Made by a program: the position numbers and the translations under genes | In this document: one piece after another, positions 49,040 through 57,580 of the stretch | Layout of the letters: each line of letters starts with the position of its first letter | How positions within the stretch are numbered: the first letter of the stretch is position 1 | Notes under the pieces: model-generated | The model's database searches: none | What the model saw: the letters and a program-made list of their open reading frames with translations, nothing else | Told to the model about the DNA's origin: nothing | Origin: a virus | Taxonomy: Duplodnaviria; Caudoviricetes | Virus record (IMG/VR): IMGVR_UViG_3300032011_002031 | Span: 6,277 to 70,276 of that record | Length of the DNA stretch: 64,000 nucleotides | Reading direction: 5' to 3' (one strand)

Positions 49040-49738
49040 ATGGCCAAATTAAAAGATATAATTAAAGAAAATTTCTCACTCGTGGGTGGGGTAGTTTCTA
49101 CACCAGCAATTGGTAGAGGAACAAACACAGGTTTAACTGATATTGTAGAAGATATCTATGGACAATCTGAAAAGGTTTCTGCTAAACAAGTGCAGGAATC
49201 AATGAAACAATTTACTGAGTTCGGAAAGATATTCAGTAATCCAAACAATTTAAAGGAAGTTGCTGAAAAACTTTCAGAGATTGCAACTAATGCAAAATCT
49301 TACACATTAAGTGAAACTGATGATTGGTTTGATAAGGTTACTATCAATCGTAATATGAAAGAGTTAACAAACCTTTCAAAACAATTTGGTAAAATTGCAA
49401 AAGAATCTAATTCCCTACAACAAAGAATGGGTGGATTGTACGAGGATATGGGACATGTTCTTGGTAGATACTTCGAGATAGATGGTAGTGATGAAAAGCA
49501 TGTACCAGGTCACGAAAGAGATATGGAAAAACAAGCAGACCAAGAAGATGCTATGATTAGAAAAGGTTTGAAAAATGTAAAAGGCTCTGATATTAATGAG
49601 GGTGATTACGAAGCATTCTTCAAATCAGCAATGAAAAAATTTGGTATATCATCACCAGATGAATTAGAAGATGATAAAAAGAAAGAGTTCTTTAATTACA
49701 TAGATAAGAACTATTCTGGTGAAAACGAAACTGATTAA
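49040..49738 (+). CDS. Putative prohead core/internal protein with MAKLKDIIKE leader
   Basis: C-terminal module after INE: YEAFFKSAMKKFG.SSPDEL...KKEFFNYIDKNY. Confidence 0.6.
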   Translation: MAKLKDIIKENFSLVGGVVSTPAIGRGTNTGLTDIVEDIYGQSEKVSAKQVQESMKQFTEFGKIFSNPNNLKEVAEKLSEIATNAKSYTLSETDDWFDKVTINRNMKELTNLSKQFGKIAKESNSLQQRMGGLYEDMGHVLGRYFEIDGSDEKHVPGHERDMEKQADQEDAMIRKGLKNVKGSDINEGDYEAFFKSAMKKFGISSPDELEDDKKKEFFNYIDKNYSGENETD

Positions 49739-49753
49739 CAAGTAGAGGTTTAT

Positions 49754-49951
49754 TTGATAAAAGTAGAAGTCCGAAAAGGACAATCGATAGAAAAAGCTAT
49801 TTCTATCTTTAAGAAAAAAGTAAAACAAAGTGGGATGATGTTAGAATTAAGAGAAAGGTCATTCTATAGAAAAAAATCTGATTTACTTAGAGAGAAAAAG
49901 AAAAAAGCTATTCTACGAAACAAGTACAAAGTTTTAAAAGAAAAAGATTAA
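49754..49951 (+). CDS. rpsU: Ribosomal protein bS21
   Basis: V.VR.G.SIEKAI..FKKKV..SG...ELRER.FY.K.S..R..KK.A; 65 aa; TTG start with GAGG SD. Confidence 0.9.
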   Translation: MIKVEVRKGQSIEKAISIFKKKVKQSGMMLELRERSFYRKKSDLLREKKKKAILRNKYKVLKEKD

Positions 49952-49993
49952 CAAATAAATACACACTTTATGTGCATCTTTTTCAGTTTTTAT

Positions 49994-50001
49994 ATATTTA
50001 T
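49994..50001 (+). promoter_or_regulatory. ATATTTAT putative promoter of the scaffold-capsid operon
   Basis: Intergenic, directly before a structured leader. Confidence 0.55.
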
Positions 50002-50012
50002 ATAAAACTAAA

Positions 50013-50089
50013 TACACTCTCGTATTATTCAATACATCATAGAGTGTACCTGATTAAAACTAATCATATTATTGTTCCTAATAACAATA
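50013..50089 (+). promoter_or_regulatory. Three-hairpin 5' leader of the scaffold gene
   Basis: TACACTCT/AGAGTGTA (50013-20/50041-48) with inner GTATT/AATAC; TGATTA/TAATCA (50051-66); TATTGTT/AACAATA (50070-89). Confidence 0.5.
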
Positions 50090-50116
50090 CTGAAATCCAA
50101 TTTATGGAGAAATATA

Positions 50117-51241
50117 ATGGATGATTTACTAAAAGACGCTATCGCAGATGCAAAAGCAGTCCGTGAGACAGCTTTAGCAAACGCAAAGATGGCACTTGAA
50201 GAAGCATTCACACCACAACTAAAATCAATGTTGTCTAAAAAGATTCAACACGAGATTGAAGATGAAGATGAAGTAGCAGCTGATGAAGCTGAGATGGAAG
50301 AATCATACGACGAGAACGAAGTTGAAGATGGAGCTGAAGAAGCACCTGCTGATGACCAACACGCTGATGAAACTGCTAAAGTAGACGAGGGCGAAGGCGA
50401 AGACCACGACGAAGACGAAAAAGTAGATGAAGGCGAAGGCGAAGACCACGATGAAGAAGAAGCTATGGATGAAGTAGCTGATGAATCTGAAGAGGATGAA
50501 ATCGAAGAATCAGAAGAAGCTGACGAAGACGACGACCTTGATTTAGAATCAATTCTAGCTGAGTTAGAAAGTGATATCAACGAAGAAGAAGAAGAAGATA
50601 AAGTCGAAGAGGACTTAGAAGATGCTTCTGAAATCGGTGATGGAGATAACGAAGTTGATGAAGATTCAAACGATTCATCTGAAATCGGAAAAGGTTCTGA
50701 AGAACCATCTGATGCATCAGAAGAAGATGCTGGAGACGAGGGTGAGGAAGAAACCGCACCTGATGCTGAACAGCACGCTGACGAAGATGCTAAAGTTGAT
50801 GAGGACATCGATTTAGAAGAAGTTCTTAAAGCTTTATCAGAAGAAGAAGATGAAGAAGATTCAGTTGAGGAAGTGAAAACACTTCAAAAAGAGATTAAGG
50901 AACATAGAGATGTTGTAAAATATCTTCGTTCAAAACTAAATGAAGTTAACTTATTAAATGCGAAACTATTGTTTTCAAACAAACTTTTCCGTGCGTTTGG
51001 TTTAACCAACGAACAGAAAATGAAAGTTGTTGAAACTTTTGATAGAGCAGCAAATCTTAGAGAGATTAAACTTGTGTATTCTACACTTGCAGAATCTTTC
51101 CAAGGTCGTAAAGCTCAACCTATTAAGGAATCAAAAGGTTCAAGTTCGAAAGCAGTTGCTTCAACAAAACCATCTAAAGATGTAATATCTGAAGGCGGGG
51201 AATTGAAGAGTCGTTTTCAAAAGTTAGCTAATATACTTTAA
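50117..51241 (+). CDS. Prohead scaffold protein (T4 gp22-like position)
   Basis: Very acidic; AIADAKAVRETALANAK, LNEVNLLNAKLLF, FDRA...E.KLVY; directly upstream of the capsid gene; SD GGAG 50106. Confidence 0.85.
   Translation: MDDLLKDAIADAKAVRETALANAKMALEEAFTPQLKSMLSKKIQHEIEDEDEVAADEAEMEESYDENEVEDGAEEAPADDQHADETAKVDEGEGEDHDEDEKVDEGEGEDHDEEEAMDEVADESEEDEIEESEEADEDDDLDLESILAELESDINEEEEEDKVEEDLEDASEIGDGDNEVDEDSNDSSEIGKGSEEPSDASEEDAGDEGEEETAPDAEQHADEDAKVDEDIDLEEVLKALSEEEDEEDSVEEVKTLQKEIKEHRDVVKYLRSKLNEVNLLNAKLLFSNKLFRAFGLTNEQKMKVVETFDRAANLREIKLVYSTLAESFQGRKAQPIKESKGSSSKAVASTKPSKDVISEGGELKSRFQKLANIL
50378..50461 (+). repeat. 42-nt tandem duplication (KVDEGEGEDHDEDE / KVDEGEGEDHDEEE)
   Basis: Two near-identical copies at 50378 and 50420. 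Confidence 0.85.
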
Positions 51242-51267
51242 TATTAAATTACTATTAGGAGACTATA

Positions 51268-52920
51268 ATGAGTAATAAATTAAATTCAATAGAAAGCTTG
51301 ATGGATGGTTATAATCCACAACGCCAACTATTGGAACAAACTCGCAAATTAGTCAAGAAATGGGAGCCAACAGGACTTTTAGAAGGTCTTGGTGCTGAAC
51401 ACGAAACTAACGGAATGGCCGTTCTACTTGAGAATCAAGCCCGTCAATTAATTGACGAAGCTTCAAGAACAGGTGGACAAAATTCTGAAGAGTGGAGTGG
51501 AGTTGCTCTACCATTGGTTCGAAGAATCTTTGGTGAGTTAGCAGCACAAGAGTTCGTAAGTGTTCAACCTATGAACTTACCTTCAGGTCTTATTTTCTAT
51601 CTTGACTTTAAGTATGGAACTGCACAAACAGATAACCATACAAACAACGCTGATGTTTATGGTAATACATCAGGTTCGAATGTTGATGCAACTGGCGGTT
51701 TATATGGTGCTGGTAAATTTGGATATTCAATCAACGATACCGACTCAGCTGCACAAACTGCAGCCGCAGCTTTATCAAGTGGTAACTTTACTACTGGTTC
51801 AGTTGTATGGGAAGATGTTGATTTTGAACCAGACTTATCTGCTTCAGTAGCAACTGGTCACGATGCTGATAACGGTCTATGTAAAGTTACTATCCACACA
51901 GGTGGAATTGGTGATTTTGACCCAGACGGTGTTAGAGCATTCACAATTAGTGGTTCTGGCTTTGATGAAATATTCCCAGCCTACACTAAATATGATAGTT
52001 CTACAGATTCAATTGCATTTATCGTAAGAAAAGATACCGCATCTGCTGTTGCAGCTGTAGTTGCTTCTTATCATAAAGTAAAAGGACAGAACTATGATAG
52101 AACTGATTTCGAAGCTAGTGCAGCAAATATCGATGCAAACCCAGAGGGTGATATTGATATTCCTGAATTAGATATTGCGTTAAAGAGTATTCCGATAATC
52201 GCGAAAACTCGTAAGTTAAAAGCAGTCTGGACACCAGAACTTGCTCAAGACTTGAACGCTTATCATTCAGTCGATGCTGAAGCTGAATTAACAGCACTAT
52301 TAAGTGAGTACATCTCAATGGAAATTGATTTAGAAATTCTTGATATGTTGTTTGCTAACGCTTCTGCAAAATCAGAAAAATGGTCAGCAAAAGTTGGAAA
52401 CGAATACAATTCTGCAACTAAACTTTTTGAAGAAACAGCTGCTAATGCATCTGCTTACACGAAAGGAACTTGGTTCCAGACTCTTGGTAACAAGATACAA
52501 GCCGTTTCTAATGCAATTCATCAGAAAACTCTAAGAGGAGGAGCAAACTTCATCGTGGTATCACCTGAAACTGCTACTATAATCGAGAGTATTCCTGGAT
52601 ATGCTGCTGATACAAATGGTGATGCAACCAATTCATCATTCGCAATGGGCGTACAGAAAGTTGGGGCACTTAATAACAGATATACTGTCTATAAGAACCC
52701 TTACATGCTAGAGAACAAAATCCTTGTTGGTTTCAGAGGAAGTAATTTCCTTGAAACTGGTGCGGTTTATGCTCCGTATGTTCCGTTAATTATGACACCA
52801 CTTGTTTATGACCCGAAGAACTTTACTCCGCGTAAAGGGGTGATGACTCGTTACGCTAAGAAAATGGTTAGACCAGAGTACTACGGAACAGTCACAGTCG
52901 GTGATGTAAACTTAGTTTAA
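51268..52920 (+). CDS. gp23: Major capsid protein (T4 gp23-like)
   Basis: KW...GLLEGL, VSVQPMNLPSGLIFYL, KTRKLKAVWTPELAQDL, YAPYVPL, FTPRKGVMTRYA. Confidence 0.96.
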   Translation: MSNKLNSIESLMDGYNPQRQLLEQTRKLVKKWEPTGLLEGLGAEHETNGMAVLLENQARQLIDEASRTGGQNSEEWSGVALPLVRRIFGELAAQEFVSVQPMNLPSGLIFYLDFKYGTAQTDNHTNNADVYGNTSGSNVDATGGLYGAGKFGYSINDTDSAAQTAAAALSSGNFTTGSVVWEDVDFEPDLSASVATGHDADNGLCKVTIHTGGIGDFDPDGVRAFTISGSGFDEIFPAYTKYDSSTDSIAFIVRKDTASAVAAVVASYHKVKGQNYDRTDFEASAANIDANPEGDIDIPELDIALKSIPIIAKTRKLKAVWTPELAQDLNAYHSVDAEAELTALLSEYISMEIDLEILDMLFANASAKSEKWSAKVGNEYNSATKLFEETAANASAYTKGTWFQTLGNKIQAVSNAIHQKTLRGGANFIVVSPETATIIESIPGYAADTNGDATNSSFAMGVQKVGALNNRYTVYKNPYMLENKILVGFRGSNFLETGAVYAPYVPLIMTPLVYDPKNFTPRKGVMTRYAKKMVRPEYYGTVTVGDVNLV

Positions 52921-52980
52921 TTAATTTTTTAATTAGATTAAAGTCATAAGTGGTGATTTTTAATTACCACACGATTAAGT

Positions 52981-53012
52981 AAAAGGGGATGTTTTTCATC
53001 CCCTTTTTCTTT
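52981..53012 (+). terminator. Rho-independent terminator after the capsid gene
   Basis: AAAAGGGGATG-TTTTT-CATCCCCTTTT then TCTTT; a second hairpin GTGGTGATT/AATTACCAC lies at 52950-52970. Confidence 0.9.
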
Positions 53013-53018
53013 GCGTTG

Positions 53019-53026
53019 ATATTTAT
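53019..53026 (+). promoter_or_regulatory. ATATTTAT putative promoter of the neck/tail operon
   Basis: Just after the terminator; upstream of AGGAG and ATG 53064. Confidence 0.6.
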
Positions 53027-53063
53027 TATTGGAATGTTCTAAACTCATAATAGGAGAATTTAT

Positions 53064-54221
53064 ATGGCTCAAGAACCGATATGGCCAGGAAGTGGTTCGG
53101 CAGTAAGTGAATCAACACCTTTTGGATTTTATGATGATGATTCAGATTTTCAAACAGATGCACCAAAGTTTGCATCTTGGTGTGCGAAACGACTAGGATA
53201 CCCAATAACAAGTGTAGAATTACAAGATTCACAATTTTATGCGTGTTTTGAGGAAAGTATTACAGAATACTCTGCCCAAGTAAACCAATTTAATATCAAA
53301 GATAATTTATTAAGTTTAAAAGGACAATCGACTGGTTCTAATTTAACACATAAAAGACTCTCAAATACTATGGGAGAACAGATATTTTTATCAGAAACCT
53401 ACGGAACAGAAGCAGGAGTAGGTGGACAAGTTGAAACAAAGAAATCTTCAATCACAATACATAGTGGTTCACAAGATTATGATTTGAATGCGTTAATTGC
53501 AGACCCAAGTGCGAGTGGTGCAATAGAGGTTACTAAGGTATTTTATGAAGCTCCACCTGCAATTACGAGATACTTCGACCCGTATGCTGGAACTGGTCAA
53601 CAAACAAATAATATGTTAGATGCATTTGGATTTGGTGGTTCATCACCAGCAATTACATTTGTTTTACAACCAGTATATGCTGATTTACTTAGAGTACAAG
53701 CAATTGAATTTAATGACCAAATAAGAAAATCTGCATATTCATTTAATATTGTGAATAATAATTTAAAAATATTTCCAAGAATTACTTCAAATACAAGTCA
53801 ATCTTTATGGATAGAATGGAAAGAAGTAACTGATAGAGATAATGTATTAAGAACGAGGTATAGTGGTTCTGCAGATGTAGTATCTGATATCAGTAATGCA
53901 CCATACGATAATATGAAATACACAAGTATTAACGATGTTGGTAAACAATGGGTTAGAAAGTATGGATTGGCGTTAACAAAAGAGTTATTAGGTATGGTTC
54001 GTAGTAAGTATGGAACAATTCCTATTCCAGGTTCAGAAGTTTCACTCGATGGAGATACATTGAGGGCAGAAGCAACTGCTGAAAAAGAACAATTGGTAGA
54101 ACAATTAAGAGAAATATTAGACCAAACAAGTAATAGGGCACTTATGGAAGCTGATAGAGAAGCATCCGATAACTTACAAGAGAAGTTAAAGAAAGTACCT
54201 TATCCAATATACATAGGATAA
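53064..54221 (+). CDS. Neck/head-tail adaptor protein (T4 gp13-like)
   Basis: RLGYP...VELQDSQ..ACFEE, WVRKY.LA..KE.LG.VRSKY, G.EV.LDG; position after the capsid gene. Confidence 0.75.
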   Translation: MAQEPIWPGSGSAVSESTPFGFYDDDSDFQTDAPKFASWCAKRLGYPITSVELQDSQFYACFEESITEYSAQVNQFNIKDNLLSLKGQSTGSNLTHKRLSNTMGEQIFLSETYGTEAGVGGQVETKKSSITIHSGSQDYDLNALIADPSASGAIEVTKVFYEAPPAITRYFDPYAGTGQQTNNMLDAFGFGGSSPAITFVLQPVYADLLRVQAIEFNDQIRKSAYSFNIVNNNLKIFPRITSNTSQSLWIEWKEVTDRDNVLRTRYSGSADVVSDISNAPYDNMKYTSINDVGKQWVRKYGLALTKELLGMVRSKYGTIPIPGSEVSLDGDTLRAEATAEKEQLVEQLREILDQTSNRALMEADREASDNLQEKLKKVPYPIYIG

Positions 54222-54225
54222 TCAA

Positions 54226-54711
54226 ATGGCAAGTAGATATTGGCCAACAAGAGATACTAACTTAGCTAAACGATTCAATGATGAACTCGTAGGAAATCTT
54301 GCAGATGGAAAATGTGGAATCATTGGACAAGAGGTAATACTATATAGAGTTTCGGTATATGATACAAAAACAAATATGTATGGTGAAGCAGGTGGGGGTA
54401 AAACCTATGAAGCAGGAGTTAAGTTAAGTTGTATTATTGAGGCAGAAGATTTTGATTGGGAAACAAATGAATTTGGACCTGATGCAAGACAAGATATAAC
54501 AATAAATTTCCAAAGAGACATGTTAATTGATGTAAATTTCAGACCAGACATTGGTGATATCGTAAGTTGGAATCACGGATATTTTGAAATAAATAAAACA
54601 AATGAAAATCAATTAGTTGCTGGAGATTATAATAAAAATTGGTCAATTACTTGTACTGCAAATCTAACAAGAATCAGTACATTAAATATTGAACAAACAA
54701 GGGCGTTTTAA
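54226..54711 (+). CDS. Head closure/neck protein (T4 gp14-like)
   Basis: Synteny; G.EV.LYR, RPDIGD..SWN.GYFEI. Confidence 0.6.
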   Translation: MASRYWPTRDTNLAKRFNDELVGNLADGKCGIIGQEVILYRVSVYDTKTNMYGEAGGGKTYEAGVKLSCIIEAEDFDWETNEFGPDARQDITINFQRDMLIDVNFRPDIGDIVSWNHGYFEINKTNENQLVAGDYNKNWSITCTANLTRISTLNIEQTRAF

Positions 54712-56402
54712 TGGCAAGAAGTAAACCGATACCAAGAAAAGTTCGTAGGGATTTGAACTCGGTTGCAATCAGAGATGATTATAATAGAGGAAATCAGTTA
54801 CGAAGAGATGATGATAAGGTACAGAACATATCTAATACTATTATGGATATGGATGGTGCAATTATGTACTACTTCAATGAAGTAATTAAACCTAATGTCG
54901 TAGAGAATAAAGAAACAATCAAAGTACCCGTTATGTATGCATCACCAGAGAGATGGTTTGCAATACAAAAACAAGGGTTTATGAAAGATAAACGACAACA
55001 ATTAATTACACCAGCAATTGTATTTCGTAGAACAGGTATGGAACGAAATGAAAATATGCCTGTCGATAAGTTAGATGCAAATAAACCAAATAATTTTCAA
55101 ACATTTAGACAAAAGTATTCTCAGAACAATCGTTATGACCAGTTCTCACGAATCATAGGTGAAACACCTAATAAAGAATATTACAATGTAGTTATACCAG
55201 ATTATATGATATTGAATTATGAGTTTACAATTTGGACATCATACATCGAACAGATGAATAGTATTGTAGAAAAAATTAATTATACCGATGGTGCTTATTG
55301 GGGTGAACCTGGTAAGATGAAATTTAGAAGTAGGATAGAAACATTTACGGATGCAAGTGAACTTGATGCTGGTGAACGATTAGTAAAAACTAATTTTAGT
55401 GTACAATTAATGGGGTATATTATACCTGAAGAATTTAATAGTTTAGTAACAACACAGAAACAACTCACACCTAAAAAACTTATATTCAATATGGATGTAG
55501 AGAAATCTGCAGCAGAGATAAGTGAAGTTGGTGAGGGTGGTGGAGTATCAATAAGTACACCAACTGCAGATATATTTTCAATCGCAGTATCAAATGGATT
55601 AACATTTCAAGCAGGAACTGGTGTTACATTGAGTAATGATGGAGCATCATTTGATGGTTCACAACCTTTAACACAACAAATATCAATTGGTCAAGATGTT
55701 AGTACAACATCTAATGTATCGTTTAATCAAGTAACCGCAGGTTCATTAGTGTTTGGTAATCCGACTGTTTATTCATATACAGGTATTAGTGGTAGTGTAA
55801 ATATAACAGGTTCATTAACAACGAGTGGGGATATGACAGTACAAGGTGATACCACGATATTAGGTACACTAACTGCAAAAGAATTTAAAACTACATTTGT
55901 TTCATCAAGTATATTATTTCAAAGTGGTTCTACTAAATTAGGAGATACCACAGATGATAATCATCATAGAACTGGTAGTGTAAATATAACTGGTTCATTT
56001 AGTTTAAATGGATATAGTGTAAATGAGATATCAAATGATAGTGGATTAACAGACCAAAGTACAACAACATTAGTAACTGAAGCCGCATTAAAATCATTTG
56101 CAACAAGTAATGTTGAGGATACACAAAATTATTTAAGAAAACAATTTTATAAATCTACTACATCTATTCTTAATACTGCAACAGCATCATTTACTGCTGT
56201 GACTGCATCTGCACCAAGTGGTGTAACTGCAACAGATGAAAATGATTTTCTATTCTTTATTAATGGTCAATATATGGAACACGATGCTTTAACTATTCAA
56301 CAAAGTGGTTCATCTTTCCTACTACAAGTAGATACAGATGGAATCGGATACGAATTAGAAAGTGATGATGAGATTATATCGGTAGGTAAATTTAACTCAT
56401 AG
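54711..56402 (+). CDS. Tail terminator/sheath-stabiliser-like (gp15-like) N-domain fused to a Ser/Gly-rich fibre-like C-domain
   Basis: IKVPVMYASPERW, P.Y..LNYE..IWT; C-terminal half resembles 56411-57256. Confidence 0.55.
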   Translation: MARSKPIPRKVRRDLNSVAIRDDYNRGNQLRRDDDKVQNISNTIMDMDGAIMYYFNEVIKPNVVENKETIKVPVMYASPERWFAIQKQGFMKDKRQQLITPAIVFRRTGMERNENMPVDKLDANKPNNFQTFRQKYSQNNRYDQFSRIIGETPNKEYYNVVIPDYMILNYEFTIWTSYIEQMNSIVEKINYTDGAYWGEPGKMKFRSRIETFTDASELDAGERLVKTNFSVQLMGYIIPEEFNSLVTTQKQLTPKKLIFNMDVEKSAAEISEVGEGGGVSISTPTADIFSIAVSNGLTFQAGTGVTLSNDGASFDGSQPLTQQISIGQDVSTTSNVSFNQVTAGSLVFGNPTVYSYTGISGSVNITGSLTTSGDMTVQGDTTILGTLTAKEFKTTFVSSSILFQSGSTKLGDTTDDNHHRTGSVNITGSFSLNGYSVNEISNDSGLTDQSTTTLVTEAALKSFATSNVEDTQNYLRKQFYKSTTSILNTATASFTAVTASAPSGVTATDENDFLFFINGQYMEHDALTIQQSGSSFLLQVDTDGIGYELESDDEIISVGKFNS

Positions 56403-56410
56403 GGTAACAG

Positions 56411-57256
56411 ATGCCATTATTTACATTTAAGAATCCACTCACACTATCAGATGGAACAGGTTTCACTTCATCTATCGATGAGGGAATGACTGGATTATCA
56501 CCAGCAGTAAACGAACTAAGTATTGGACAAAATGTTGCCACAAGTTCGAATGTAACTTTCGGTGAAACCACACTTGATGAAACTAAAACATTTATTATTC
56601 CAAATAATGCTGGTACTCAAAATATGGTTTTGGGATATGGATTCATATCAGGTTCAACCATAGAATTTACCAATGACCTTGTTGTTAGTGAGAATCATAC
56701 ACACGAAGATGATTTAACAATAATAGGTTCAGTATCATATGGAGCATCAAATTTTAGTGGTTCATCAGTAACCACGATACATCAAAGTGGTAGTACAACA
56801 TTAGGTGATTCTCTTGATGATGTACATAATATAACGGGTAGTTATTCCATTAGTGGTTCAATTAATATTAATGGTGTAGAAATAAATGAAATAAGTAATA
56901 ATTCAGATTTTAGTGATGGTAATGCTAATGCACTTGTAACAGAAGCAGCAGCATATGTTGGGGTGTTGGGTGATACTGCAACTAATAATGTGTATCTTAG
57001 AAAAGTTTATGCAAAAAAAGGAACGATAACAAACTCAACCGCTTCATTTACAGCAGCAACTGCATCCGCAGGTACATTAACCACTACTACAAAAAATGAT
57101 TTTCAATTCTTTTTAAATGGAATGATTATGGAACCAGATGCTATAACAATAGAACAGAGTGGTTCTACATTTTTAACTCATATAAATGCATCATCATTAG
57201 GATATAATTTAGGAAGTGATGATGAGGTAGTTGCTTGGGGAAAATTTAATTCATAA
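56411..57256 (+). CDS. Structural protein, paralog of the C-terminal half of 54711-56402
   Basis: Shared SIGQ.V.T.SNV.F, QSGST.LGD..DD.H..TGS, YLRK, NDF.FF.NG, SDDE....GKFNS. Confidence 0.7.
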   Translation: MPLFTFKNPLTLSDGTGFTSSIDEGMTGLSPAVNELSIGQNVATSSNVTFGETTLDETKTFIIPNNAGTQNMVLGYGFISGSTIEFTNDLVVSENHTHEDDLTIIGSVSYGASNFSGSSVTTIHQSGSTTLGDSLDDVHNITGSYSISGSININGVEINEISNNSDFSDGNANALVTEAAAYVGVLGDTATNNVYLRKVYAKKGTITNSTASFTAATASAGTLTTTTKNDFQFFLNGMIMEPDAITIEQSGSTFLTHINASSLGYNLGSDDEVVAWGKFNS

Positions 57257-57292
57257 ATATAGAGAATCCCACATTGGTTTTACCATTGTTTG

Positions 57293-57300
57293 ATATTTAT
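57293..57300 (+). promoter_or_regulatory. ATATTTAT element 4 nt before ATG 57305 (no SD)
   Basis: Intergenic. Confidence 0.5.
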
Positions 57301-57304
57301 AAGT

Positions 57305-57580
57305 ATGAGAAAAAGACATTGGAAGAATAGAAAAAACCGAAAGTGTCCATCTTGTAGTAAGATTTTAACTTATACAAGGAAAGATGCTTTTGATAGAGCA
57401 GTAGGTAATAATAGTGTGTGTAAATCGTGTGCACAGTCCGATAGGAAATTAACTTTGGATACGATTGAGAAGATGAAACAACCAAAATCTACACAACACA
57501 AGAAAAAGATTTCGAAATCAATTACAGATTGGTGGGTAGAGAAAAAACAAGAAGATATAAGACATGGCATTAATAGATAG
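57305..57580 (+). CDS. Small zinc-ribbon/NUMOD3-like DNA-binding protein
   Basis: CPSC..CKSC; KSTQHKKKISKS; no nuclease motif seen. Confidence 0.5.
   Translation: MRKRHWKNRKNRKCPSCSKILTYTRKDAFDRAVGNNSVCKSCAQSDRKLTLDTIEKMKQPKSTQHKKKISKSITDWWVEKKQEDIRHGINR

Noticed and set aside
49952-50116. tRNA or CRISPR array in the longest intergenic gaps
   Set aside because: No cloverleaf with T-loop consensus and no repeat-spacer periodicity; only local hairpins.
50245-50808. 187-aa Ser-rich minus-strand ORF
   Set aside because: Antisense shadow of the GAA/GAT-rich scaffold gene.
38266-52920. Inteins or introns in terminase, portal or capsid genes
   Set aside because: Lengths are ordinary and no splice or homing-endonuclease motifs were seen.
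57272-57288. CATTGGT/ACCATTG hairpin as a terminator
   Set aside because: Short, mismatched and weak.
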